From Camelus dromedarius (Eukaryota): a DNA stretch of 64,000 bases. A program made the translations under genes and the position numbers. Below are positions 50,136-62,655 of the stretch, one piece after another. The stretch lies in the NCBI RefSeq assembly GCF_036321535.1, contig NC_087451.1:9734001-9798000 (forward strand). Reading direction: 5' to 3'. Below the pieces are notes generated by a model. That model made no database searches, had not been told where the DNA came from, and saw nothing but the letters and a program-made list of their open reading frames with translations. How positions within the stretch are numbered: the first letter of the stretch is position 1; each line of letters opens with the position of its first letter.

Positions 50136-51394
50136 TCATAGAAGTGGGGAAGGAGCTAATGAAGAACAAGCTTGTTTGTGGAGGTGGGATGGGGAAATGG
50201 GCTCTTTTTATCCAGGTTGGTGGGATCTGGGACTCAGACAGACCTGTGTCTCATTTCCTAGATGGAGCCATGGAGAAGGCGGTGGCGGACCCCCAGTGGA
50301 GTGGCTGTGTGGCATGTCCAGAAAAGGAGGACCCAACAGAGCCTCGCTGAGTTGGAAATAACCAGAGTGGCAAGGGAGCTGAGGAGTGTTCTCCGTGGAG
50401 CTGAGAAAGGGCCAGAAGTTAGCCGCGAGACTAACCTCCTGCAGTCGAGAGTAAGGAATGGCAGACACAATGGTGATGGCAGTGACCAAGAGCCAGACAG
50501 GACAGGGGACGTCTCAATGGAGACCTGCAAAGGCTGCCTGCCCCTTGGAACTTAGACAAAACCCCAAGAGAAACGCCACAGGGCAGTACAGGGGCCACAG
50601 GCAATGGAATCAACGAAGAATGAAACTGTATCCTTCCAATCCAATAGGAGCTTGAAACAAATTTAAGTCGAATATTTGCACATCTGAATTGGTGGACTGA
50701 GAATTTTTCTTGCTGCTTGTCCAATAACAGGGCTGAAAACTCTGTCCTGCCTTCCTTACAGAGCTTTGAAGACCAAAGTCTAATAATGTAGCCCAGAGAG
50801 AACTGTCCACGGCCCCAAAGTGTCACTGATCACTGTTGTCAGTATCAACATCCTCATTAGCTTCAGCCAAAGGTGATTGGGAAGGAGCCTCAAGCATCCA
50901 ACCCAGGGAGCTTTGCAGGATGAAGGCCAGGCCTTTCTGGAAACCCAAGGGAAAGAGAGGAGCCTCTCCTCCACGGCTGAGGCCCAGAATCCCAATCTCC
51001 TGTGTCTCCAACACACAGACCCTAATCCTGAAGAAATGGCCTCTTCTCTGTCCATCAACGGTCATCCCCTCCTTCAAGACAACAGAGTCCATTTTCCGAG
51101 ATGCACATCAGTGGCAAACGGGCTCATGGTGCAGCAGGTGACAAGTGAGAGAGAGGTTTTTGATGAAGGGACAGAACTAGAGACTGCTGAGGGGTGTCGT
51201 CACCTCACCTAGGTGACAGAGCTGAGCCCGTGCCCCCCGTTGTGCCATGTGGGGGCAAGATGACCTTCCCCCTGAGAGAAGGCTCCCCACAAACAGGCCC
51301 TACATCCCCCAACAGCCACTTACAACCTCCACTCTTGGCCTTTAATGGAGATAGTGCTTTATGGACACAAGCAAACATTATTTCCCATCCAGAA

Positions 51395-51637
51395 TAATAG
51401 CTAAAAATAATTAGTATATTTATTGAGCACTCACCAAGTGGCAGGCACACTACGAAAAATGTTACTACCCTGTATTTCATGTCCCCCTCACAGGAATTAT
51501 TATCTTCATTTTAGAGCTGAGGCACCCAAGGCTCAGAGCGGCTCCGTGAACTGTCCTAGGCCACAAAGCTTGAATGGGACAAAGTCAAAATTCAAATCTG
51601 ACTTCAGAGGCCGAGCTCTTACTCATTAAGCTACACA
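51395..51637 (-). mobile_element. MIR SINE
   Basis: atttattgagcactcacc...attatcttcattttagagctgagg...tctgacttcagagg. Confidence 0.7.
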
Positions 51638-52192
51638 GCATCCTGTTTTCTGTTCACATCGTCATAGGCGTCTGTGTTCTGCACGTGTAGGGGATCTGAT
51701 GCTTTGAAAAGGGAAAGTTATATTATAATTTTCTTCACAATTCCAGATATCCATGTTGGGTTAATAGCCATTGGGTTTATTCCTTTACTTCACACCATCC
51801 CAGTAACTGTGGTGGTATTTAGAGGTGAAATGGCCAAGTGAAATGAAGGCCTCTGCTACGAACTTTTAGGGAAAAATTCTAACAATTTTGTAACTAAAAG
51901 CAAATCACAATGTTGAATAAGGGTATGAGTATCAGCTTTATTCTATGCTCTGGTTCTTAACATTAATCAGTCAGCTTCCACATTAATGAAAGGTGACCAC
52001 AGTTATTCCCAAATAAAAAGAAACTAACTCTTTGGGAGAAAAAAAGGTTTTTTAAATAAGTTATCACAGACCATCTTCATGTTACACAGTCCCATATCAA
52101 CTTAACTTCGTGGATATCAGAACTGTGTCCTCGCTTTGCAAATCTTAGGGGCCATCGAATGGTGCATTATCTTCGTTGCCCTTATCAGTGTA

Positions 52193-52252
52193 CCACCCTC
52201 CCCACCTCCAATCCCTCCACCCCTGAATCCTGCCCCCATCTTCTCTAGGCAG
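52193..52252 (+). repeat. 60-bp direct repeat, copy 1 (copy 2 at 53460-53519)
   Basis: 55/60 identical by hand alignment, no gaps. Confidence 0.95.
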
Positions 52253-52625
52253 TGTATGCAGTGAATGCTGTGTAACAAACATACCTAAAACTCATTGCAT
52301 TTATTGGTGTCACTCTTGGGTCTGTGAGTTGGCCAAGGCAGCTTTGCGTGGGTTGCATGCAGACCTGTCCTTGAGTCCACACATTTTTTGGGACCAGCAG
52401 CTACTGGGACATGTTCTTCTCACAGCAGATCTTAGGAGCACAATAGACCAAGTCGTACAAGCACACTGGAAACCTCTGAACACTTCTTTAGTATTGACGT
52501 TGGCCAAGCCAACATCAATGGGGTGAGGCAGTGACCTCCACCCACAGTGGGAGGGCACCATAAAGTCACAAGGTGAAGAGTGGGCATGCACAACCCTTTT
52601 CTGGGGGGTGCAATTTAAGACCCAG
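52253..52625 (-). mobile_element. MaLR LTR (MLT1G/H-like)
   Basis: tgctgtgtaacaaac...ttggccaagccaacatcaatggggtgagg...cataaagtcaca. Confidence 0.65.
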
Positions 52626-53024
52626 AGCCAGCAGACCACAGCCAGCATCCTCATCATCCTTCCCAGCAGGCATCTGGCTTGCTTAAAGGAACAGGTTGTC
52701 AGGGAGCAGTCCTGAGGTCCTCTGGAGCCCTGCCTGGGGCACCTCAGCCCAGGAGCTTGCTGGTGGCCTCTCCTTCCCTCTGCCCCTTCCTCCCTCCCAG
52801 TGTCATCTGGGATCCTCCCCCTACGCCTCCAGGCACATCCCCCCTCAACTCTCCCTGTTTCCCTGGCTCTGACTTTTGCAAAGACTGTCAGGTTCTCAGC
52901 AAAATCCAATTGAGCCAAGATGGAGCTTAAGCAAATATCAGAATCAAGTTTATTATAATAAATAAAATTCCTCAAGTTTGCAGCTGTTTCCTAACTTGAA
53001 CTTGACAACTTCCTGAAGTCAGGG

Positions 53025-53135
53025 CTGGGAGTGTTATCCAGGTCCCACTGCACAGACGAAGAAACTGAGGCTCAAAGGAGTTACATGATTTGCTAAAAGT
53101 CTCTCAGTGGCCCGGCAGCAACTTGAACCCAGATC
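53025..53135 (-). mobile_element. MIR SINE fragment
   Basis: acagacgaagaaactgaggctcaaaggagtta. Confidence 0.7.
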
Positions 53136-53459
53136 CCTCTCTGGGCCCTGGTAATAGGAGGGAGGGAAAGTCATCAAGCCCAGATCCTCAAAACAGCTCA
53201 GGTCTGGGAAAGTCAGACTTGGAAAAAATGTCTGAGGGAAAGGTGTGTCCCACACAGATGCCCTGCTCACACTTCCCTCCGGAAGCTTGGTCTCACGGCC
53301 GTACACACAGCCCGGCTCACAAGAATTCAGTGCCCTTCTGACTGCCTTCAGGAGAGCAGATTTTCATCTTAATTCCAGGAACTGTATGAATGTATTCACA
53401 TCCATCCCTGAGCACCAAGGAGACATCATTCCCTTTGTCTCCAAGGATTTCTGCTCCAG

Positions 53460-53519
53460 CCACCCTCCCTGCCTCCAATTCCTCCACCCCCGATTCCTGC
53501 CCCCATCTTCTCTAGGCAG
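53460..53519 (+). repeat. 60-bp direct repeat, copy 2
   Basis: 55/60 identical to 52193-52252. Confidence 0.95.
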
Positions 53520-54984
53520 GAAGATTATCTCCTGGTTTTTGGTTGCTTTTCAAATGGGACGAGAAATTTAAACTGAGTCTGTTCTGCGGTCTTTTTTGCT
53601 ACAAAGTGCTGCTGCCGTGTTTTGGAGATGATAGTAAAATAAGGACTTTTTTTTTTTTTCAGTTAATGAATTGGCTGACGTGATGATGTCAGAAGGACTG
53701 GAGCCAAAGGTGTTTTGCTAAAGGGAGTCTCCCCGCAGCCCCCTCTCCAGACGACACGGCACCCTGGGGCCCATAGTACCTGGGACTGTTCGCGCTGTTT
53801 ACACACCCNNNNNNNNNNNNNNNNNNNNNNNNNNNNNNNNNNNNNNNNNNNNNNNNNNNNNNNNNNNNNNNNNNNNNNNNNNNNNNNNNNNNNNNNNNNN
53901 NNNNNNNNNNNNNNNNNNNNNNNNNNNNNNNNNNNNNNNNNNNNNNNNCAGAGCCCTGACTCCCTGAGTTTCTATGAGGGGGTTGTAGTGGTGGGGGAGG
54001 GGCTGGAGGGGAGGGTCATGGAAGATAATGAAGTGGCCAGGGATGGGCTCAGGAAAAAAGAGGTCTGTCTGGTGGGATCAGACGCAACAGCACTGGGAGA
54101 ACAAGGGGGTCCCCACTGGCTTGGGGCTTGGCCAACTCCCAAAGGCAGCTTTCCAGACAATAGACAGACACAGACCTGCTCATCTTGTGCCTGGCCCTGA
54201 GCTAGGATGTTAGAACACACAGGCAAACTGATGGCACTCCCTGACCTCAAGAGATCTAAAAATCTAAGAAGAGAGAGAGCAACAGAAACAATTCAATGGA
54301 ATGAATGGTCTCAGGGTCCTCATGGGGTCTCCACACCCTTGTCTCACTCAAATCTCAGTCACTCATTGATTCCTTCTATCAACTCACTCTTGCTACTCAG
54401 TCTGTTGAAGGAGAACCCCAAGTATTGGGACCCACTTTGCTCCCATTGCCTTGCATCCCATATGTACCAGCCACTAAGTTGTTTCTTTAGTACCAGAGCA
54501 AGCCCTTCTTACTTCCCAAAGGAAGACTTACTGGATGCCTACTTGGTGCCAGGCCTCGTGGATTCAGAGGTACTGAGACACTATCCTTGCCCTCCAGCAG
54601 CTCAGCCCGGGCCCAGTGGAGCAGGGAAGGGAATGCGGACCACAGATAAGCCACCAAGTAGACACTTGCTCCTGGATGAGGGAGAGCTGCTGTTTTTTCT
54701 GGTGCATTTCAAGAAGAGCTGGCAGGGAAGGGGACCCCTCTGGTGGTAACTCAGCATCACACGTGGGTGGAGGTGCCCTATGCCATCATCTGCCCAGCAA
54801 GCCTGGCTTCCCTCCCCAGGACACTTCTCCTGACCTTGAAGATGGGTGACGCTCACAGCCGCAAAGCTCTCTGAGCCACCCTGGATGGGATGGGTTTCTG
54901 CATCTCTAAGAGGAAGGGACTGCACCTCAAGTTTTGCAGATGTGTTAGCCATGGAAAACTTTGTGTAAACAAAATCTCAGGCAG

Positions 54985-55190
54985 TGCTAAGGGTTCATGT
55001 TTATTAAGCACTTACTATATTCCAGGAACAGGTCTAAGTGTTTCACATGAGTCGATTCACTTAATCCTCACAGTAGCCCTATCCATTGGGTTTTTTCTAC
55101 AGTTAATTAAGCAAACTTACAAAACATTCAGTAATTTGCTTGAAAATCCAATATATAAGCCAGATAAAAGTATAGTTCCTTTTGTGGGTG
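54985..55190 (-). mobile_element. MIR SINE
   Basis: tttattaagcacttactatattccagg...ttcacttaatcctcacag. Confidence 0.75.
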
Positions 55191-55324
55191 ACAGGGTGCG
55201 TTTGCTTGGCCCCTACAAATCCGACTGTAGACTCTCACAGTTGGAAATAAAACGGCTCTGCTTTGCAGACACTAATCCATCCCCCCCCAGGAGCTTAAAA
55301 GCCACGAGTGCGGTCCTCTGCGTG

Positions 55325-55540
55325 GAGAGGCAGTGGGGCAGGGTGGAGGGAGCATTCACTTCGGAGCCAGATCTCAGTTCATGTCCCAGCTCCATCACTC
55401 GCTGACACAGCAAGTTACTTCAGCAAATTCCTGAAACTTTCCAGATCTTGCTTCCCTCATAGGGTTGTCATGAACTCTAAACAAGAAAATGGATTCAAAG
55501 CACCCAGCGCAGCGTCCAGGGTAGATATTCAAGAATACAG
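55325..55540 (+). mobile_element. MIR SINE
   Basis: ggagccaga...cccagctccatcact...agcaagttactt...catagggttgtcatga. Confidence 0.6.
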
Positions 55541-57139
55541 CAACTGTTGTTCTTACCCAGATGCATGCAAGAGACAGCACATTGTAAGCAAAAGCTGGTC
55601 TCTTGTGGGCCATTCCCTGAGCCCCGGACTGGCTATATTTGGGGGAGGGAGACCCTCAGAGGGACTGACCTTGGTTTACTTGAGATCCCCCACCGCCCTC
55701 AGCACATTTCCATGCACATTGTATGTGCTGCTGGATGAATGAATGATTTAGTGGATGGATGAAGGCTGGATGGATGGATGGATGGTCCAAAATGGTTAGT
55801 TCTCTATAAAAAGCTCCACCACACCCCAGTGCATGTCTCATTTCAACACCTCAGGGAACACTCCAGCCTTTGACTCCTCCCTGCTCTTCCGAAACCTGCG
55901 GTTCATCTTGCCAGATATCTCCCGTGGCCTCTCTGCTCAGCCCCTTCACAATAACACATTGTTCCACTATCCAGTAGTTCTCGACTCTGGCTTTGCCTCA
56001 GAGCAGTGTCTTTTGGGGCCACACTCCACAGCCCCTGGGCCAACTCCATCCCAGGTCTCGGTTATCCCTTCCACAACCCCAGTCTGTGCACAGAGCTTTC
56101 AGGTTGTCGGGGAGGAGGTAATACACAGGCATTCATTCCCCGGAGCCCCATCCCTGGAGACCTGGGCTGGAACAGTGGTCCCTGTGTATCTTGGCATTCC
56201 ATGGCCAGACTCCAGCCATGCACTGAGGTTGTTTCATGCACAGCGTTAAGTGCTCTGTGCTCTGCCTACTCAGGGGCCGGGAGCAAGCCCAGCCTGAGGC
56301 TCTGTCGCCCTCCCTTGGTAGTGGCTAGAGGTGAAGAGAGAGCCCAGCTTGCAACAGAAGACAGGAGCCGCAGCCTGCTCTGGCTTCCTGGGGGACCAGA
56401 GCAGCCCTCCAGCTGCAATCAGTCCAGGGACAGCCCAGCCCACTCGTGAGTCACCAACACCACCATAGTTCCTGCTCTCACCATGACCAGTCCCAGAAAA
56501 ATGATCTGATCCCTTGGAGAATCTGACCCTTCCCCACGTAAATGCAATGGTACTAGGAGAACCTCAGGTCCAGGTTCTCAGGGGATACTGTGTATCAGCT
56601 TCCTAGAGCATGCCTCGTGGGGATGATAGAAAGGTTGACATGACTCCTCTCTCAAGCCCAGGGAGAATGATACGGTCAGGTTTAAGTTGTAGGGCATCAA
56701 CTGACCTATGTCTTCTTTTCCCTCCAAAGCCTCAATTTCAGGAAGGAATGGCCCACGTTCCAGCAAAGTTCCTGCTGGCAGAATGCTACTTAGCAATTCG
56801 AGGTTCAGTAGGAGGGCCCCAGCTCTCCACCTGCCTGAAGGTCGGGTCGCGCAGATGGACACCAAGGACACAGGCACCGCTGGCGGTGGGAGGGCAGCTT
56901 GGGAGCCGCCGGCTCTCCCTGCGGAGTGCGTGGGAAACAAGCCCAGAGGACTGTCACTGGTGGCTCACTTTACCCGTCAGTCACTGGTCTCTCTTACCTC
57001 GAGGCCCTTCACCCAGGGAACCTGTGCCCTCTCTCTGCTGGTGATGCAGGAGCTCAGCAGAATGGTTCCCGCTACATCCATCTAAGAGCCAGGTTCCAGG
57101 ATACTGGCCATGTCCTGTTCTTGGTCTGGGTGCTGGTTA

Positions 57140-57230
57140 CAAAGGTGTGATACCCTTGTGAAAAATTTTCAGGCTCTCTGTTTAGCATTTGTGCAGTTTT
57201 CTGTGCTTTGTAATTTTCTCTTTAAAAGTC
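57140..57230 (+). mobile_element. Old L1 (L1MC/ME-like) 3' tip
   Basis: ggtgtgatacccttgtgaaaaattttcagg...atttgtgcagttttctgtg. Confidence 0.5.
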
Positions 57231-57949
57231 ACCCCCAAAAAACAAGTATCCTCCTCCACAACCTCTGGGATTTTCACAGCACCTGCCTTGCTGAGCAGAG
57301 GGGAGCATCCTTGCAGCTGTTGCTATAAATTGTCCAGTTTAATCCAAGTCAGTAAGAGATTAGGTCAGGCCAGGAATGGCCCCCATGTAATATTTTCCTG
57401 TATCATCACAAAAACTCAGTCTGACCCGAACTGTTGTTTCACTCATCTAACAAGTTTCTGTGTACCCCACAGCAACAACTCAGCATGTCCTGAACTGGTC
57501 GCCTCACACCTCACCCCAAAACCTGTCTGACCTCCTCTGCATCACCAGAGATTTACCCAGAGATGCACCCTAGTCGGGGTTACAACAGGTAATCAGTTAA
57601 GCTGCAAATTCTGCTTTGGAAGATTCTCAAGACTCCCCCTCTTTCTTTCCACCACACAGACAGTTCCTGGTCTATATCTGCATCCTCTGGCATCTAGGTC
57701 GTGACAGTGGCTTCCTACCTGTATCGATGTCTGCAGCCTCCATGCCCTCCGGGCCAACCTACTATGCTGTCATCAGAGACCATGTCATTCGTTACAAAAA
57801 ACTTTGGATGGCTCCCGACTGACTGTGGGAAAAGGCAACCACAAGCTTCAGCTTGGCCAGCAAGGCCCTCCACGACCCAGACCCATGTCCCGTGTCCCGT
57901 GGCCTCCCTGCACTCACCTCCCCCGCCCACGACTGTAAGGGACCACTCT

Positions 57950-58600
57950 CCACTGCCCACGTTCACCAAGCATGTTCTCACTTCCGTGACTCCCCCCACT
58001 TCCCCATCTTTGAATGTTTCTGTCAGCCTCCAGGGCTCTGCTCAGAAGTGGCCTCCTCTGAGAAGTTTTCCCAAAGCCTCGGATCAGATTTCATCGCCTT
58101 TTCACTTGGCACTGCCAGTCCCTTAATACCGTGCCTCGTCTTGGGGGGACTGTTATCAGAACAGCCAGTTGGCTCTCCCTTTGAAATGTTTCCAGAGCCT
58201 GGACATTTCCCACTGCCTCCAGTGCTGCCTGTCACACAAACCACCACATCTTTGCCTGAATTCTTGCAACCATTTCCTAATTCTTCTACGCGTTTCCATT
58301 CCAGCCTCCCCCTCAACAAGGGCTGTTTTTTCACGGAGTGACGCTCTCAGTATACCTCAGATTATACTGCTCTTCAGCTCAAAGTCTTCCTTAGAATAAA
58401 GTCCAAAATCCCCACCGTACGAATATATGTATGGATATGCGTGACTGGGACACTGTGCCGTGCACAGGAAATTGACACATTGTAACTGACTGTACTTCGA
58501 TTTTCAAAAACAAATAAATAAAAACAAAATCCCCACCATGGACTGGAAGGTTCTGCAGGCAGGGCCCAGCCACCTCTTGTGCAAGGTCCTGATAATTCTT
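57950..58600 (+). mobile_element. L2 fragments
   Basis: ctcagaagtggcctcctctgagaag; cttagaataaagtccaaaatcccc. Confidence 0.6.
58417..58524 (+). mobile_element. 108-bp L1 3' tip with perfect 13-bp TSD
   Basis: aaattgacacattgtaactgactgtacttc plus A-rich tail; caaaatccccacc at 58404-58416 and 58525-58537. Confidence 0.9.
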
Positions 58601-58702
58601 TCAACCATTCAAAAATGTAAAAGCCATGCTGGGCTCGTAGGCCTTAGAAAATCAGGTGGCAGGCCGGATCTGGCCGTGGGCTGTAGATTGCCTCTCCCCA
58701 GC
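58600..58702 (+). mobile_element. MER58A-like hAT MITE end
   Basis: aaaatcaggtggcaggccggatctggccgtgggctgtagattgcc. Confidence 0.65.
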
Positions 58703-59084
58703 TTAAAGGATGAACGGGCTGTACTCCAGGTGAAGGTGGAGAAATGGGTTGGGGAAGAGAGGAAAAGTGACTGCAGTATTAACAGCCTTCACAAAGTCTT
58801 AAAAAACGCATCAAGGTATAGTCTATTGGGTAAATGGAAAGAGGTTTGGTGTGAGAGTGGGAACTGGGGTCTGGATTGAAAGTGGAGAGGCCAGTGGGGT
58901 CACAGGAGGAAGGCCTTCCAAATGACAACATTCACATAAGCTTTGAATTCTGTAAAGACATGATCAAGTTTGCAGTTTGGGAACGTAACTCAGGAATGAG
59001 GAGAGACTGGGAGGGACAGGCTGGCTGAGAGACAGCAGCCGTAGGGCAGGCAGGATTGCTCTGGATCCTGCTAACATGCCTGCA

Positions 59085-59446
59085 AAAGGTGATTGTTAGA
59101 TATTCAAGAATTTCTGGAAGCCAGCTGTTGAACACATTTATTATTTTAAAATTAGATTTTATATAGTTAAATAAATTACATTTAAAACAAAAGTAGTCAG
59201 TATGCACAACCTCATCACGTTGTCATTAGTTTATGACCTTTTACTGTTATCTTTGCTCTTGAGATTGTTTACGCCCAGTGCATCCACACAGTGGAAATGC
59301 TGCATAACTGCGTGCTGCTGGGTCCTCCTGCCCACCTCTCCTCTCAGTGGCCTCACACCAGGAGCCTGAAATATTTACACTATGGAAATGGACACTTTTG
59401 TTCCCCCTAGAGAATCAGTTGTTAAACATTTGCCAGCCACTCACTG
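59085..59446 (-). mobile_element. Arthur1/MER69-like hAT-Tip100 fragment
   Basis: Terminus reads cagtgagtggctggcaaatgtttaacaactgattctc on the minus strand. Confidence 0.6.
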
Positions 59447-59549
59447 ACTGAGGGAGAAGGAAGGTGGGCCAGGTCTAGGGCGGTGATGGTGCAAGGAGGA
59501 AAGGGGCAGGGAGGAAGGGGATGGCTGTGATAGAACCAACTCAACCAGG

Positions 59550-60350
59550 CAGCTTTGGGGAGATGAGGGAGAGGGACAAGGACGAGGAGCCTCCAAGCCA
59601 GAGAAATGATCTATTTATAAAGAAGCACTCGGAACCCAAGACTTGGCTGGGCACTTCCTCCCGCACACCTCTCGCGAACATCCTCGGTCAGCAGCCCCGG
59701 GGTGAGGCTGCGAGCTGGGAGTCTTCGCTGCCCCGTGCAGCGGGAGGAAGGAAGCGCTGGCCTAAGATCACCTGAGGAGGTCAGCCAAGCCCCCAGCTCC
59801 CATCCAGCCACAGCCCGTCTGTGTGTTTACAGCTCATACACAGCTGCGTGCAGGGCTATCTGGGCGCCCACGGCGCTGTGCGAGCGGGTCTGTGTGTATT
59901 TATAACCACATAGCCGTGTGTGGACAGCCCCACATATAGATCTCACCTACATCATTTCACACATCCCCCAGGTGCCTGGGGCCTGCTTCCCAACCTCACG
60001 TCGGGGACCAGCCGCCGCTAATTGACTCTGATGGGAACCCTGCTCTCCCAGCCAAAGGCGGCAGCCCACCTCCCACAGCCAGCGCCTGCCTCCTTCCCGA
60101 GGACCTGGGGGGCCGGACCTTCCTGGTAAAGCTCTGCGGAGAGGCAGGCGAGCTATAAACATGCCACAGGCTGACCCACGTATGGAAATGAGGCTCGCGG
60201 TTGGGCCTGGCGCCCGGCCACAAGCCTGCGGCCTCCCTGCCGCCAAGTATCTTTAGCATGAACTTCATTACCAACGGCCCTCCTCTGCCCCCTCCAGTCC
60301 CTCCTCCCTGGCCCTGTCTTACACTCTACTTGTGGTGTCTCGTTCAAGGC
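59550..60350. promoter_or_regulatory. Candidate enhancer (CpG-enriched unique DNA with MEF2, FOX and E-box motifs)
   Basis: CTATTTATAA 59611-59620, GTATTTATAA 59896-59905, TGTTTAC 59824, CAGCTG 59841. Confidence 0.35.
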
Positions 60351-61229
60351 CGGGGTCTTCTCCTCAAGCCTGCACAGATGGCCGGGCCCCAACATCCCCA
60401 TATCAGACAATACCAATAACAGTACAATCACGGCTTCTGCTTACTGGACTCAGCATTTCGTTCCCATCATCTCATTGAATCTACGTGGAAGCAGCAAAGA
60501 GATGGAGGCTGAAGAGGCCAAGGCTAGCATAAGTGTCTGGGGCTCCGTGCACACACGGGGTCCCAGAGCCACACACCTGGGTCTGGAAGGGCCACTCCAC
60601 ACAGAGGAGGCTGCATATGTGCCAGGCATGGTTTCCTAAGGGCCCTGGGCTGGAAGCCTCCTTGAAGACACAGGCCAAACGGGACCATCCCAGGACCATC
60701 CTCCAAGAATGACAAGCCCTCATTTCTTCACTGAATTTTCAGACCAGCCCTGGGCTGAGGTCCAACCACCATGGGGAGAGGGCAGGGGAAGGAAACAGTA
60801 AGAGTTCTCTTGTTCTCACTGACCGGTGGCCTGCGGAAGGTTCCCGGTTCTCTGTTTCCTGTGAGCCCCTGACACAGGCTGGGTTAACCCCACGCTGGGG
60901 CTGTGCTCAACTCCCGTCTTCACCAGGTACATCACCATCCTCTGAAGATTCGTCCACTAAAGTCAGTGTGTGTAAACTCCACCCTCCCTTCCTTCCTCCC
61001 TCCCGTCCTCCCCACACCTGTCCTTCCTTCTCCATTTCTTCCCTCCCTCCCCTCTTCCAGTTCCCTCTCTCTGCAGCCCTAACAGTCAGACAGTTCTTCC
61101 CTGAGTGGAACCACTATCTGCCTCCCTGGAATTTCTACAACTTAGCTCCCGCTTCTGCCCTCTGGAGCCGAGCAGAATACATCAGTAAGAAAATGACAGT
61201 GAGGATGACGTTGATGGTGTGGATGATGA

Positions 61230-61465
61230 CAGCAAAGATTATTCAGCTCTTATTTTGCACTGAGAACTTGGCAGGCACTATGTTATTGATGAGGATAGCA
61301 ATCTCACGGAATAGATGATTTTACTATCCCCACTTCAGAGACTGAGAAACTGAGACCCAGGGGGACTAAGTAACTGGTCCCACATTTCATAGTCAACAGG
61401 TGGCAGAATTAGGATTTGATTAGGAATATGATTCAAAAGCCAATTCTCTTAACCACCAGCATGCA
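61230..61465 (-). mobile_element. MIR SINE
   Basis: actatccccacttcagagactgagaaactgagacccagggg...ggtggcagaattaggatttga...ctcttaaccac. Confidence 0.7.
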
Positions 61466-62619
61466 TTGGTTTCTCTCTGTCTTCCATATGCAAACATTCA
61501 GATACTAAAGAATTCTCTACTTCTTCATGGGTCAAGATGCTTTGGCTTTGTGGCCAAAGGCCTGCCAGGCATCCGGTCACTCAGTCTGGTTCCCTATGCT
61601 ACACTGAGGCCAGAGCTTCCTGCCCTGGACTTTCAAAAGCTGAGTATAGACATTTCCCCACATGCCTGTCAATCTTCTCAAAGGTCGTCCCATCCAGCTC
61701 CCTGCTTTTGAGAAAAAATGCTTTAGCCCTGCCTACCCAGCTTCTGGCTTTCAGAGACCTGAGTGATTCGACCACAAAACAGAGAAAACGGAATCAACCA
61801 GGCAGAGCATCTATCGGGTACCACGCCTGCTATCTCTGTTACATCACTGGCAGTCACCCGTTTGGGGGATCTCCCCTAAATCAACCCCCACCCCTCCTAG
61901 TGCTCCTTCAACACATCTCCCCGCATTCTGTGCCGTGGGTCCTCACTGTCTCCCTCAGAAGTGTCCTCCGTTCGCCACTCCCATGCTCCCGCCCACATAA
62001 ACCCAGCAGAAATGCAAGTCCAAACCCTGCCCATTGTCACTGCAGTAAACAGCCTGGACATGAAGCCCGCCTCCTTCACTCCCCAGAAGATTAATAAATC
62101 AGATTCAGACGCCTATTGTTCTGGACACAGTCAGAATCAATTGCAGGATTTTAAATCTCTCAGCACAAAGCAGCTGGCTGGCTACGAGAGGCCCCACTCT
62201 GTCTCTGGGAAAACTTTGCCAGGGATGGGATAAGAAAGAAAAAACGGAAGACCAAATAATCAATAGTTACCACGAGCTCTTGGCCATCGACACGCCGCAT
62301 CCCTCAGGAGGCAGGTCCCCAACCTTATCAGATTCTCACTGCATAAGGGGAGGGGGAGGGGCAGAGACAGGCAGGTCCCAGGCCCCAGGGTTAGCCCTTA
62401 GAAGGGTGGGTTCTCTCCCCACCTCCCGTCACCTCCTAACCTCACCAACGCCTAATTTCATCTGCAAATGTTTGAATCTTTCAAAAGGGAGCACTCACAG
62501 CTTGAAGCCACAGGGTGTATTCTAGTTTATTATCCCAGAATCCCCCAGAAGAATTCATAGAAATCCTTGTATCTTAGACTAATTACCACTCCCCCACCAC
62601 CCCCACCCCTAGGCATTGG

Positions 62620-62620
<1 letters not shown>

Positions 62621-62652
<32 letters not shown>
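62621..62652. repeat. (TG)16 microsatellite
   Basis: Directly visible. Confidence 0.97.

Positions 62653-62655
<3 letters not shown>

Noticed and set aside
52310-52975. 221-aa minus-strand ORF
   Set aside because: Runs through an MLT1 LTR; no domain recognised
55805-55843. TATAAAAA with a downstream Inr-like TCATTTC
   Set aside because: Spacing of 35 nt is longer than usual and no gene follows
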